Shown here: positions 1-9,949 of the stretch, one piece after another | How positions within the stretch are numbered: the first letter of the stretch is position 1 | Layout: each line of letters opens with the position of its first letter | IMG/VR virus record: IMGVR_UViG_3300027746_000697 | Span: 52,632-116,631 of that record | From: a virus | Length of the DNA: 64,000 nt | Direction: 5' to 3' (one strand) | Program-made: the position numbers and the translations under genes | The notes under the pieces: generated by a model | Databases searched by the model: none | Told to the model about the DNA's origin: nothing | The model's input: only the letters and a program-made list of their open reading frames with translations

Positions 1-382
1 AGAAGCTGAAATCCAGCGCATGGTACGTGAAGCGGAAGACAACGCAGAGTCTGATAAGAAAATACGTGAGTTAATTGATGCACGTAACAGTGCAGAATCA
101 ACTACACACGGCATCAAGAAAGACTTTGAAGAATTCAAAGATCAGTTGACTGAGGAAGAAAAGACTGCATACGAAACTGCATTCAAAACTGTCGAAACAG
201 CAGTTTTAGGTGAAGACGTAGAAGCCATTACTACATCAGTTACTGCATTTTTTGAAGCGGCCGGTCCTGTAATTGCTAAAAAGCAAGCCGCAGAACAGGC
301 CAAAACTGCACCACAAACTCAAGGTGGTGAACAAACTGTGGATGCGGCCTTTACAGAGGTTGACCCCGCAGACAAAAAGTAA
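1..382 (+). CDS. dnaK: Hsp70/DnaK chaperone, C-terminal part (starts before window)
   Basis: EIQRMVREAEDNAESDKK..ARN..VDAAFTEV matches the DnaK lid and tail. Confidence 0.9.
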   Translation, partial: EAEIQRMVREAEDNAESDKKIRELIDARNSAESTTHGIKKDFEEFKDQLTEEEKTAYETAFKTVETAVLGEDVEAITTSVTAFFEAAGPVIAKKQAAEQAKTAPQTQGGEQTVDAAFTEVDPADKK

Positions 383-395
383 TATAATGTAACAT

Positions 396-448
396 GCAGG
401 ACGCCTTAGGGGTCCTGCGAGGTTCTTGCTTATTTAAAGGAGAAAATT
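396..448 (+). promoter_or_regulatory. ROSE-like RNA thermometer in the Hsp20 leader
   Basis: TTCTTGCT (423-430) pairs with SD AGGAGAA (438-444) with a bulged G; upstream hairpin at 396-418. Confidence 0.65.
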
Positions 449-871
449 ATGAACCAACTTAGAACTATTGACGCCGCTCACTTGGCTAATCTTAGCAGAG
501 CACTTGTGGGATTTGATCGTTATTTTAACGGACAATTTCCCAACACTAATGGTAACTATCCACCACACAACATTGTAAAGTATGATGAAACACATTACAG
601 TATTGAAGTGGCAGTTGCCGGCTTCACCAAAGAAGAAATCAATGTAACTGTTGATCAAGATCAATTAACTATCATCGGCAAACAACACATAACCGACGAC
701 AGTAAAGAGTACTTGCATCGAGGGTTAGCGGCTAGAGACTTTGAACAGACATTTACTCTTGCTGAGTATATGGAAGTCAAAGGTGCTGAAGTTAAAGATG
801 GTATGCTCAAAATTCAAATAGAGCGTATTATTCCAGAGGCACTCAGACCTCGGCATATTGAAATTAAATAA
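449..871 (+). CDS. Small heat shock protein Hsp20 (IbpA-like)
   Basis: NYPPHNI, AVAGF, YLHRGLAARDF, DGML motifs. Confidence 0.95.
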   Translation: MNQLRTIDAAHLANLSRALVGFDRYFNGQFPNTNGNYPPHNIVKYDETHYSIEVAVAGFTKEEINVTVDQDQLTIIGKQHITDDSKEYLHRGLAARDFEQTFTLAEYMEVKGAEVKDGMLKIQIERIIPEALRPRHIEIK

Positions 872-919
872 TTGTAAATAACAATGGGGGAGGAAACTCC
901 CCCAACATCGGAGAACTAA

Positions 920-1222
920 ATGGCAGGCACGGATATTCAACTAGAAGAGAAAATTAAAGTAGTAGTAAGCGAACCTAAAAGATGGAAGGTTATCCTGCTC
1001 AACGATGATTCAACTCCAATGGATTTTGTTGTTTCAGTATTAATTGAAATTTTTAAACATAACCCTGATACTGCTCACGCTGTCATGGCAGAAGTACATG
1101 AAACCGGAAGTGGAATTGCCGGAATTTATAGCTTTGAAATTGCCGAAGCCAAAGCCGTTGAAGCAACCAATCAAGCTCGTACTAGCAACCATCCTTTACA
1201 GATTAAATTGGAAGAAGAATGA
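920..1222 (+). CDS. clpS: Clp protease adaptor ClpS
   Basis: VILLNDDSTPMDFVV..VHETG..AEAK motif. Confidence 0.93.
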   Translation: MAGTDIQLEEKIKVVVSEPKRWKVILLNDDSTPMDFVVSVLIEIFKHNPDTAHAVMAEVHETGSGIAGIYSFEIAEAKAVEATNQARTSNHPLQIKLEEE

Positions 1223-1764
1223 GTCTGCGAGATATTACCAAAGACCTTCATCACAAGGCAGAGACAACAACATTTGCCAAGATGCTTCTTAGCGGCAAAA
1301 TTGAAAAATCACACTATAGAAACTATCTGTATAATCTATTAGCAATATACGATCCAATTGAATGGTATTGTAAGCGGCAAGGTTTTTTTACAAATTTACA
1401 CGAGTTGCCAAGATTGAAATCAATCCTTGCAGATTTTCTTGAACTGGATGAATGCGAATATTACTATTTAACTCCTGCTACTCTAGAGTATCAGGCATAC
1501 TTGCACAAGCTGGCCAACGATCCAGAGCGTAAACATCTTATTAAAGCACACTTGTATTGCAGACACATGGGCGATTTATTTGGTGGTCAGATTATTAAGA
1601 AACAAGTAGCACATATTTCAAGTGGCAAATTTTATGAATTTGAAAATGCTGACACTATGAAGACTGCTATTCGTTCAATGCTAACAGATGACCTTGGAGA
1701 CGAAGCTCGTGTGGCGTTTGAGTACGCTATCAAAATGATGCGGGATCTCTACCATGGAGAGTAA
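1219..1764 (+). CDS. Heme oxygenase (biliverdin-producing)
   Basis: TKDLHHKAE proximal His and HLYCRHMGDLFGGQ signature. Confidence 0.9.
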   Translation: MSLRDITKDLHHKAETTTFAKMLLSGKIEKSHYRNYLYNLLAIYDPIEWYCKRQGFFTNLHELPRLKSILADFLELDECEYYYLTPATLEYQAYLHKLANDPERKHLIKAHLYCRHMGDLFGGQIIKKQVAHISSGKFYEFENADTMKTAIRSMLTDDLGDEARVAFEYAIKMMRDLYHGE

Positions 1765-2437
1765 TGTCTGGGATACATTGATCAAGATTGAGCAGTATCT
1801 TGAGTCACAATTTTACGCAACTGGTAGCATTATACACGAACCGGGTATGGCTCGCTTCAATCAACCAGGCTGGGTAAACAAAGTATGGGCAAGTAGTCGT
1901 TATCGTCGTGCCCATATCGATGTGGTAGATGCACGTGAAACAAAAGGCTTGTGGATGATGCATTGTTGCATTTTCCCACATACCCACAATCCTGCTCCAA
2001 TTTTTGGCTTTGATGTCATAGCAGGTAAAAACAAAATTACTGGTTGTTTTATCGACTACAGTCCAGCTGGCGATGCAGAACATCCTATGATTGAATACTT
2101 TGGCAAAGAAGTTGGCCGCTACGAGTGGAATAAAAAACGCAAACTGCCTGAGTGGGCAGAGCGCATTTTCAGCGAGCACATGGTGGCCGCCGGCAACGTA
2201 AGCGATGAAACTGAACTTAACCAACTCACAAGTCTGGCACATATCCTAGTAAATCATTACTTAGACTCAGTATCTGAAACTAATAATACAACCAACAATA
2301 CTACAGAATCACAGAATTATTATTGTGAGAATCAAAAGCAAAACCCACATACTCCTAAAGTTATGGTTAGTTTAGGGCTTAGTGAGGAAGATGTACAGGT
2401 TTTTATTCAGGATTGCTTGTTCCCCGAAATACGATAA
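1754..2437 (+). CDS. Ferredoxin-dependent bilin reductase (PcyA/PcyX-like)
   Basis: RRAH, HCCIFP, PIFGFD, LPEWA..IFS, YCENQKQNPHT motifs; directly follows heme oxygenase. Confidence 0.85.
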   Translation: MESNVWDTLIKIEQYLESQFYATGSIIHEPGMARFNQPGWVNKVWASSRYRRAHIDVVDARETKGLWMMHCCIFPHTHNPAPIFGFDVIAGKNKITGCFIDYSPAGDAEHPMIEYFGKEVGRYEWNKKRKLPEWAERIFSEHMVAAGNVSDETELNQLTSLAHILVNHYLDSVSETNNTTNNTTESQNYYCENQKQNPHTPKVMVSLGLSEEDVQVFIQDCLFPEIR

Positions 2438-2447
2438 ATATTTTACT

Positions 2448-4064
2448 ATGAATATTCTCGATATAATCACCGAAACAGCCATGTCTGCTGGCGAACTTCA
2501 AAAACATAACTATCTCAGTAATTTTGCCCAATTAATAAAATTAGGAACCCCTATAAAAATTGTAGCAAGCAAGCAAGATAAATTTGGAGAAACTGTTATA
2601 ATCTCTAAAACTACAGCAATGCAAGCAATAAAAGACATCCTTATGGGCCGCGCAACAAGTTTACCGCTGAGTCGAGAAAGCATAAAAATTGTAAATGCAT
2701 TACCTTCTAATGCTACAGCTAAATCTAAAATACTGCTAGTACCTATTACTGCTATAGAAAAGTCTATGCAAATTAAAGGAAAAACTAGCGATTTTAACAT
2801 AGGCGGAATTGGAGAAATATGTTTAGGAGTTGCGGCAACTGCTAGATTTTTAAAATTAGCAGAATTAATTGATGTGATGGATTTTATAAATTTTGCTAAT
2901 GAGTTAAAAGTAACTCCATTTGTTGGAAAAACTGGAAAAATTGGAAACTCATTAAAATTAACATATTCCGGACCACTATATCATACTAACGGTAAAACAG
3001 ATAAATTATTTTGTGTAATTGTTGCGCCAGGCCGCGACGTTAAAACATTCCTGCAAATAATGAAAAATCCTGAGTCTGCGCCACAAGCAGTTCAATCAGT
3101 TATATCATCATCTGTGGTATACGCTAACGATGCTAAAAAAATATCTGTAGGTATTAAAAGAACTTCTGAAGATCCTAATATTAATAATATTGAAATTGTA
3201 GCAGACGGACAAAGCGATAATAAAGGAACAAAAGCAGATTTAGTAATGAATATCGACCAGTCTCGAATTACACTTATTAGTGCTAAAACAGGCCCAAGTC
3301 AACTTGGGCAAGCATCGGGCAAAGAATTTTCTAAACAAGTTGACTTCTTTCAAACTGTTTTCGGAGTTGACATAAGCGGATTAAAGAAAACTTGGATTCC
3401 AGACGGCAAAGCCGACAATACTCCTACACTTACTATTGCTTGGCAAAAACATGCAATTCCTAAAGTATTACGATTAACAGGCGGCGACAGTGTTCAAAAA
3501 GAAGCAAGTTTAGTACAATCGATAGCTAAAGGATTAATAAGATATGCTAACGACCAAACAGACACGGGTGAAGTAGAGACCGTAGATATTGTCAAATTAA
3601 TCACAGATGTTGGACAGCCTGGTTATACTTTAATGAGAATTGACTCAAGGTTGGAATCAGCATTATCAAAAGTTGACTTACACGGAAGCCATACAGAACG
3701 CGGTGTTGCTGTATCTGGTAATGTTAATGGAAAAATGATTAGTTTATTTAGGGCTTGGAGTTATTACAGTCCGGCAGGAAAAACTACCAGAACTGCCATT
3801 GCTGGAGGCCCGTTGTTAGATACGTTAGCTGTATTGACTCCTGAGCAATATAGACAAGAAACTCCAACTCTAGTAGTTAGACCATCAAAAGAAAAAACTG
3901 CGGTTAAAACTGTACCAGTTAAAAAAACTGCGGTTAAAACTGTACCAGTTAACAATGTTCCTGTTGACACAACTACAGATAACTCCGTTGTAGTGGAACC
4001 ATCATCTACACAAGACATCGATGACCCAATGCAAGCAGAATCTATAATACGTCTAAAGTTTTAA
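2448..4064 (+). CDS. Hypothetical protein, possible PD-(D/E)xK-like fold with low-complexity tail
   Basis: Long ORF; start MNILDIITE follows a TAAATA motif; KADL..ISAK motif. Confidence 0.6.
   Translation: MNILDIITETAMSAGELQKHNYLSNFAQLIKLGTPIKIVASKQDKFGETVIISKTTAMQAIKDILMGRATSLPLSRESIKIVNALPSNATAKSKILLVPITAIEKSMQIKGKTSDFNIGGIGEICLGVAATARFLKLAELIDVMDFINFANELKVTPFVGKTGKIGNSLKLTYSGPLYHTNGKTDKLFCVIVAPGRDVKTFLQIMKNPESAPQAVQSVISSSVVYANDAKKISVGIKRTSEDPNINNIEIVADGQSDNKGTKADLVMNIDQSRITLISAKTGPSQLGQASGKEFSKQVDFFQTVFGVDISGLKKTWIPDGKADNTPTLTIAWQKHAIPKVLRLTGGDSVQKEASLVQSIAKGLIRYANDQTDTGEVETVDIVKLITDVGQPGYTLMRIDSRLESALSKVDLHGSHTERGVAVSGNVNGKMISLFRAWSYYSPAGKTTRTAIAGGPLLDTLAVLTPEQYRQETPTLVVRPSKEKTAVKTVPVKKTAVKTVPVNNVPVDTTTDNSVVVEPSSTQDIDDPMQAESIIRLKF
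3892..3951 (+). repeat. 30-bp tandem duplication in coding sequence (KTAVKTVPV twice)
   Basis: AAAAAACTGCGGTTAAAACTGTACCAGTTA repeated directly. Confidence 0.85.
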
Positions 4065-4133
4065 TCTTGCAGTAACAATAAAAGTAGTAGTTATCGATAA
4101 ATACTGGTATAATAACTTAACCGGGAGCTAATT

Positions 4134-5303
4134 ATGACTATCGTGGATCAAATCAATATTAGAAATCAAGCAACCACAGAAGGTACTGTGGGTGCTGATG
4201 GCACATACAGTGCTGAGACAAGTCAAACTACCACTGCTGACGCAGGGTACGATGACACAAGTGTACATGCAGAATACGAAAACAGCGTCAAAGCAGAAGT
4301 TGCAGTTGGCGCAACAGCCGGTGACGAAACAGCCGGCGGCAGTGTAGAAGTAAGTGCCAGTGCAGAAATTACACAAAGCGCACACATTGAAGCAGGCCTA
4401 GACGGCAACAATGCATATGTTGATGTTGGAGCCAAAGACATGGCAGAAGCACATGTAACTGTGGATGCAGAAGCACATGCTGGTCCAGTCAGTGCAGAAG
4501 TTAGTGGCGATGCTTATGCTAAATCAGGCGTAAGTGCTGAAGCCAGTGCCCGTGCAGGTGACGGAGGTGTTCAAGCACAAGGCGAAGTATTTGCAGGTAA
4601 TGCAGTGGGTGTTGATGCCAGTGCTACTGGAGGAGTTAGTGGTGTATCAGGAACGGTTGGCAGTGGAGTCAGTATTGGTGAACAAGTTGGTGTAGGCGGC
4701 GGCGGCCAAGCTACATTTGCAGATGGCACAGCAACCGTTGGAATCAGCGGAGAAGTTGCAGTGTTGGTGGGTGTTGAAGTTGACTTGTCTGTTAGTGTAG
4801 ACACTAATCAAGTTGCAGATGATTCTGTTGCACTTGCGGCCGCAACAGAAGAACAATACCGAAGAATTGCACAAGAAGCTCAACGTCAATTTGATGAAGT
4901 GGCTCGTAATGCACAAATTGCTGCCGAAGAAGCACATCGTCAAGCAGAAGCCGCGGCCGTGGAAGCTCAACGTGTGGCTGACGAAGTGGCTCAAGCTCAA
5001 CGTGTGGCTGAACAACAAGCCGCAGAAGCTCAACGTGTAGCACAAGAGCAAGCTGAAATTGCTCGTCGCCAAGCAGAACAAGCTGCCGCAGAAGCTCAAC
5101 GTGTAGCACAAGAGCAAGCCGCCGCCGCGCAACGCTTTGCAGAACAACAAGCCGCTGACGCCAAACGAGTTGCAGATGCTGCCGCTGCCGAAAGCAAACG
5201 AATTGCAGATGCTGCCGCAGATGAAGCTCGTAGACAAGCAGATGCTGCCAAACGAGCATTAGAAAATGCTGGCAAAAAGATGGATCCAAGACGCTGGTTC
5301 TAA
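4134..5303 (+). CDS. Hypothetical protein: Gly/Ala/Val-rich N-terminal half plus AEAQRVA coiled-coil repeats
   Basis: ORF with GGGAG SD and a downstream terminator. Confidence 0.8.
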   Translation: MTIVDQINIRNQATTEGTVGADGTYSAETSQTTTADAGYDDTSVHAEYENSVKAEVAVGATAGDETAGGSVEVSASAEITQSAHIEAGLDGNNAYVDVGAKDMAEAHVTVDAEAHAGPVSAEVSGDAYAKSGVSAEASARAGDGGVQAQGEVFAGNAVGVDASATGGVSGVSGTVGSGVSIGEQVGVGGGGQATFADGTATVGISGEVAVLVGVEVDLSVSVDTNQVADDSVALAAATEEQYRRIAQEAQRQFDEVARNAQIAAEEAHRQAEAAAVEAQRVADEVAQAQRVAEQQAAEAQRVAQEQAEIARRQAEQAAAEAQRVAQEQAAAAQRFAEQQAADAKRVADAAAAESKRIADAAADEARRQADAAKRALENAGKKMDPRRWF

Positions 5304-5320
5304 ATTATATAACTGTATAG

Positions 5321-5346
5321 AAAATAGGACCTTTGGGTCCTATTTT
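5321..5346 (+). terminator. Intrinsic terminator (potentially bidirectional)
   Basis: AAAATAGGACC-TTTG-GGTCCTATTTT hairpin. Confidence 0.75.
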
Positions 5347-5469
5347 CACGACTAAGTGTTGAAAAATTAACACTGTTGAAAAATCAACATGTTGTAATAA
5401 TAACAGCAGAGTTTAATATTTGTAATTTCATGAATAAATAATTTTAATAACAAATAGGAACGAGATAAC

Positions 5470-5901
5470 ATGCTGGACGGAGTCAAACAAGCTACGACTG
5501 CACTTAAAACAGCACAAAGTGCAGGCAAAGAATTAGGAGCAGTTGTATCAAGCCAACAGGCTGATATGGAAGCTACCGTTCAGCGCGAGCATGAATCCCG
5601 TATAAAATCTAAACTAGCAGAGCAACATCGAAAATCAACTCTTGAGTATAGAGCTCTTGAAAAATTTGAGATTAAGATGAAGTACGAGCGAGATGTGGCT
5701 AGACTAAAGGCTGAAACTATTCAAAAATACGGCAAGGATGCGTGGATCAAAGTAGAAGCTGAAAAAGCTGTTATAGAAAAAGAATATAAAGCTGAATTAT
5801 CTGCAATGGATCGAGACCGACAAAAACAAATTGATGTGTTGTGCTGGTGTTTTGTAGCTGGCACATTAGTTACTTACTTTTTTAAACTATACAAAATATG
5901 A
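5470..5901 (+). CDS. Hypothetical coiled-coil protein with C-terminal TM helix
   Basis: ORF with hydrophobic C-terminus. Confidence 0.7.
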   Translation: MLDGVKQATTALKTAQSAGKELGAVVSSQQADMEATVQREHESRIKSKLAEQHRKSTLEYRALEKFEIKMKYERDVARLKAETIQKYGKDAWIKVEAEKAVIEKEYKAELSAMDRDRQKQIDVLCWCFVAGTLVTYFFKLYKI

Positions 5902-5978
5902 GATTACCACAAATTGTTCTGATATTAACATTATTAGTCACTGCGTTCTTGATATGGATGGAATGGCAATTAAAGTAA

Positions 5979-6680
5979 TTAACGTAGACGTGCCAGACCC
6001 ACTAATCTAAACAGGCCCAACCACATCCAACCTATATCAAATTCAAACCAGCGGCGACTGAGACGAGGATTTGCGGGTTCCAAATGATGATTATTGTGCA
6101 GACATTCACCGCCAATAAGAATGCCCCAAGGCATAATATTTTTACTTTTATCCTTAGTTTCGCCATTTCTATATCCTATCCAATGTCCAACACCGTTGAT
6201 AACACCTGCGGCCCAGAACGGAATCCATATCATTTGCACACCCCATATAACTAGGCCCCACGGTCCAAAGAACAGGCAGTCTATGACCAGCATTAGAAGA
6301 ATACCAAGGCGGCTATGGGGTGTGTAAATGACCCGTTCAATCCAATCCTCAGGTGTGCCTACACCATATTGTTGAATCATTTCTTTGTCTTTACTTGCTG
6401 AGTGATATAAAACTGCTCCCTTAAACAACACACGCCAAATACCGTATATGTGCGGAGTATGAGGGTCGCCTTCTTGATCACTAAATCTATGATGTTTTCT
6501 ATGGATAGCTACCCACTGCTTGGTAACCATTCCGGTTGTGAGCCACAGCCAGAATCGCATAAAATGCTCCAATACAGGGTGGAAAATAATTCCTTTGTGA
6601 GCTTGTCCTCTGTGTAAATACAGAGTAACGCATATTATAGTAATATGCGTCATAGCCAAAGTTGCTATAAGTTCTATCAT
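5979..6680 (-). CDS. Fatty acid (acyl-CoA delta-9-type) desaturase
   Basis: His boxes HRGQAH, HRKHH, HNNHH; WFEFDIGW. Confidence 0.92.
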   Translation of the reverse strand: MIELIATLAMTHITIICVTLYLHRGQAHKGIIFHPVLEHFMRFWLWLTTGMVTKQWVAIHRKHHRFSDQEGDPHTPHIYGIWRVLFKGAVLYHSASKDKEMIQQYGVGTPEDWIERVIYTPHSRLGILLMLVIDCLFFGPWGLVIWGVQMIWIPFWAAGVINGVGHWIGYRNGETKDKSKNIMPWGILIGGECLHNNHHLEPANPRLSRRWFEFDIGWMWLGLFRLVGLARLR

Positions 6681-6707
6681 GCAATATTTATCCTACTAAA
6701 GACCACT

Positions 6708-7343
6708 ATGAAAACCATAGCTTTGTTTGTACATGATCCAAAATGCTCTGTACAAAGTGCAAACGGCATTATGCGGGCACTGAGTCCACATTACAGATTT
6801 AAACTATTTGGGAAAAATCCCCTAGAAGATGTGTTCTTTGATGATGTTGATATGATAGCAATTCCTGGAGGAATTGGGGACTCGGAATCTTTTCATTATC
6901 TGCTTAGAAACAGTGGAGACTTGATCCGTCAATTTGTCAGCAAGGGTGGCAAATATCTAGGCATTTGTATGGGTGCATATTGGGCCGGCAGTTGTTATCT
7001 CAATGTGTTAGACAGTGTGGATGCTGTGCAATACATCAAGCAACCTGGAACAGACACACGTCGCCCACATGCCAAAGCCGTTGATGTAACGTGGAATGGT
7101 GTACAGGATAAGATGTTCTTCTATGACGGATGTGCGCTAGTCGGTGATGTTACTAAATTTACAACGGTTGCCACGTATGCCAACGGTGATGCCATGGCCA
7201 TTGTACAGAATAATATTGGGTTAATAGGATGCCATCCTGAGAGTGAACAATTTTGGTACGACGGATACAGTTGGTTAAAAGGAAAACATCAAGATCACCA
7301 TCATGCACTATTGCTTGAATTTGTTGATAACTTGATGAAATAA
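6708..7343 (+). CDS. Class I glutamine-amidotransferase-like (BPL_N-type) protein
   Basis: PGG, YLGICMGAY and HPE motifs. Confidence 0.8.
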   Translation: MKTIALFVHDPKCSVQSANGIMRALSPHYRFKLFGKNPLEDVFFDDVDMIAIPGGIGDSESFHYLLRNSGDLIRQFVSKGGKYLGICMGAYWAGSCYLNVLDSVDAVQYIKQPGTDTRRPHAKAVDVTWNGVQDKMFFYDGCALVGDVTKFTTVATYANGDAMAIVQNNIGLIGCHPESEQFWYDGYSWLKGKHQDHHHALLLEFVDNLMK

Positions 7344-7454
7344 AAATGCTCACTTTCGAAAGTCTAGGATTCCCGGCCCAGCCACTCGCGCCAGCAGCCG
7401 GCGCACACTCCGTTACGAATAACGGGTCCTAAGGTGTGTTCTTTAATAAAGTAT

Positions 7455-8237
7455 TTACCTTCCTATATATACTTTAGGCTCTGCTTCGGATTGTCGCTGT
7501 TTTTCAGACTTGGGAAATAGCTCGTTACCGTATTGAGGATATTTTTGCTGTCGATCGTAAGCTACCCACATAAAAACTCCACCCATGACAAATATTATAA
7601 ACACGATTGCAATGCCTATTATGAAATCTTCTCTAATTTGTTTCATTCGTGCCGCACGTCTACGATCTTGTATAGCTTGACGTTGCATCTGACGAGTAAT
7701 AAGAACACTTTGTTCCTTGCCCATCTGTTTCATCATTTCTTCTACTTCAGTGTATAAAGCTCCTAGTTCTTTGGGACTTTGATACACCATCAATTCACGC
7801 AACTCTACTTCCATTTGTTGTAATTGCTTTTTCATCAGGACACGCTGTAAAGCACGTTTGCCTAAACTTGCGTCACCTGTGTACACTTCAGTTTTTGCTC
7901 TGCGCTCTTCTTCTTCAAACACCGCTATGCATTTGTAAAAGTTATCGTAGTATGTGCCAAGGTGATTACCAATTTCTGTATAGATACCAGTGTGCTCGTC
8001 TGCATTGGCTTTTTTGTTTAATGTAATTACCCGATTTTTTTCTTCTATGAAAGCATTTTTCTGTGCCACCGTGGGAGGTTTTTCAGGTGGATGTAATTTT
8101 TGAAACTGTGCATCAAGATCTTTAATCACATCCTTTACATCACCAGCCGCGCCTTTGATGTCTTTGTAAAGTTTACACCCAGCCTTAACAGCGGAGACTG
8201 CTCCGTTGGCCAAAGCAAATAGTGTAATTGGATCCAT
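7455..8237 (-). CDS. Hypothetical coiled-coil membrane protein
   Basis: ORF with a TM helix near the C-terminus. Confidence 0.7.
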   Translation of the reverse strand: MDPITLFALANGAVSAVKAGCKLYKDIKGAAGDVKDVIKDLDAQFQKLHPPEKPPTVAQKNAFIEEKNRVITLNKKANADEHTGIYTEIGNHLGTYYDNFYKCIAVFEEEERRAKTEVYTGDASLGKRALQRVLMKKQLQQMEVELRELMVYQSPKELGALYTEVEEMMKQMGKEQSVLITRQMQRQAIQDRRRAARMKQIREDFIIGIAIVFIIFVMGGVFMWVAYDRQQKYPQYGNELFPKSEKQRQSEAEPKVYIGR

Positions 8238-8242
8238 ATTAA

Positions 8243-8476
8243 TTAAACGTAAAGGTCTATAGTGCCTACCTTGAATATTTCCATAAGCACATGATTTTCG
8301 TGCGATCTTTTCAAATACACATCATACAAGTAATCTCTAAAATGTATTTTTTCAGTTAGTTGTTTATTATATTCAGTCCAACGCTCTTCATTCTTTCTTG
8401 CATGAACATCGGCCAGTATGCCATCCACATTTGCATAACTTGGCTGCACAATTGGGAACCATGTGACAGCATCCAT
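8243..8476 (-). CDS. Hypothetical protein
   Basis: Coupled to neighbours in the minus-strand operon. Confidence 0.55.
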   Translation of the reverse strand: MDAVTWFPIVQPSYANVDGILADVHARKNEERWTEYNKQLTEKIHFRDYLYDVYLKRSHENHVLMEIFKVGTIDLYV

Positions 8477-8817
8477 TATGATTTTTCCTTGCGTTCCTTC
8501 TCTTCGGCTCTGGAATAATAATAAAGTATTTTGCCCCGCAATTCAGCTGAATCGGCTGCGCCTGTCCATTCTGCAAGACGATTCCAAATCAACACAAGTT
8601 GTTTACTGTCACACTTGTCTCCATTTTTTGTTAACCATATTGATAGTTGCTGATGTCGTAGGCTAGGATCATGTAATGTGTATGCAATGTTATAAAAATT
8701 AGATACTGAACATGTTTTAGTATCCGTGGCAACAACACCGCCTATGCAATCATCACAGGATTGACCTACACTAGACGCACCCAACAACGATAATAAAAAT
8801 ATTATTCGCCATTTCAT
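8476..8817 (-). CDS. Hypothetical exported Cys-containing protein
   Basis: Signal-peptide-like N-terminus; overlaps the upstream stop codon. Confidence 0.6.
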   Translation of the reverse strand: MKWRIIFLLSLLGASSVGQSCDDCIGGVVATDTKTCSVSNFYNIAYTLHDPSLRHQQLSIWLTKNGDKCDSKQLVLIWNRLAEWTGAADSAELRGKILYYYSRAEEKERKEKS

Positions 8818-9533
8818 TGCGACATCTCTGATGTGGCTAGATTAATTCTAGTTTTAACCACACTCAGTTCTGTTGGTTCTGTTTTGAATCCAACAGACAC
8901 ATATCCGTCAAAGTCTCCAATCTCTGGAGGAATACCACCACGACAGATAAACGTGGCGCCTTGCTTGACTTCCCATTCTGAAGTCTTGCCAGTAACTTCT
9001 AACTTATCGCATATAACTTCACCGTTGAGCATGCCAATGATTGCGGCATTACGTGCAGGATCTTTGCTGAACAAACTGGAAACTAATCCGTCTAATGTGT
9101 TATCTCTGCCTCTGGGGCCAAACGCCAACATAGTTACTCTGGTGTTGACAACTAGACTGGCTTTGTGTACTACAACTGATACTGCTTCTAGATCTTTTTG
9201 TAGACTCACAGCAACTGGTATGAGATGATTTACTTCTTTGAGGTTGGTGATCTTACTGCTTTGGGTTATGGCATTTAGGATAACTGTTCTGCTGTCCCAA
9301 GCAAAATAACCAAAGAAGAACACACTGGCCAACAGTATAACTTCAAACAGTTTAAATGGGCTATCAACCCATTTGATCAAATCTATTGCTTTGTCCAGCA
9401 TTGATGATGCTGATTTGGTAGTGCTACTAACATCAATCACAATAGGAGAATTAGCGGCCTTCTTAACAGGCGCTTTCTTAACAGGCGCTTTCTTAACAGG
9501 CGCTTTCTTAGCAGGTGTTTTTTTGATGACCAT
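8814..9533 (-). CDS. Single-TM protein with KKAPV repeats and GAF-like C-terminal domain (possible T4 T-type holin)
   Basis: Basic N-terminus, one TM helix, soluble C-terminal domain; function inferred from topology only. Confidence 0.45.
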   Translation of the reverse strand: MVIKKTPAKKAPVKKAPVKKAPVKKAANSPIVIDVSSTTKSASSMLDKAIDLIKWVDSPFKLFEVILLASVFFFGYFAWDSRTVILNAITQSSKITNLKEVNHLIPVAVSLQKDLEAVSVVVHKASLVVNTRVTMLAFGPRGRDNTLDGLVSSLFSKDPARNAAIIGMLNGEVICDKLEVTGKTSEWEVKQGATFICRGGIPPEIGDFDGYVSVGFKTEPTELSVVKTRINLATSEMSQ

Positions 9534-9571
9534 TGATTCGCTCCCAACTTATACTACTGTTTTGATAATGG

Positions 9572-9949
9572 TTACTTCTTCCCACCATTGTTACTTTGTT
9601 TCTCTTTGAACTTTTCCAACTCTTGCACACGCCATACTAGAGTGTCTAACACTGCTTTGTTGGCACCGCTTCTTGATAGTGCTTCTGTGTTAGCCTGCAT
9701 GAAGTCTTGGCGCAGTTTTTCACGAACCAGTTCAGCACCCATGTTCGGTGCTTGTTTGTTGTCTGATGTCACCACCAACTGCATCTTGCCTTCAAGAATG
9801 GTCAACTGTGTATGAACCGCACTCAGCGCATTCATCAAGTACACCACACAGGCAAACATGATGGGCAATACTGCAAATGTTACCTTTTCAATCAGCGCAC
9901 CTTTGGCTTCGCCAGCACTCATCTTTTCTTTGATTTGTTCCAATTCCAT
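9572..9949 (-). CDS. Hypothetical membrane-anchored coiled-coil protein
   Basis: N-terminal TM helix; AGGAG SD on the minus strand. Confidence 0.7.
   Translation of the reverse strand: MELEQIKEKMSAGEAKGALIEKVTFAVLPIMFACVVYLMNALSAVHTQLTILEGKMQLVVTSDNKQAPNMGAELVREKLRQDFMQANTEALSRSGANKAVLDTLVWRVQELEKFKEKQSNNGGKK

Noticed and set aside
4128-5289. Several long antisense and alternate-frame ORFs over 4134-5303
   Set aside because: They are by-products of repetitive Ala/Gln/Glu codon usage in the real gene.
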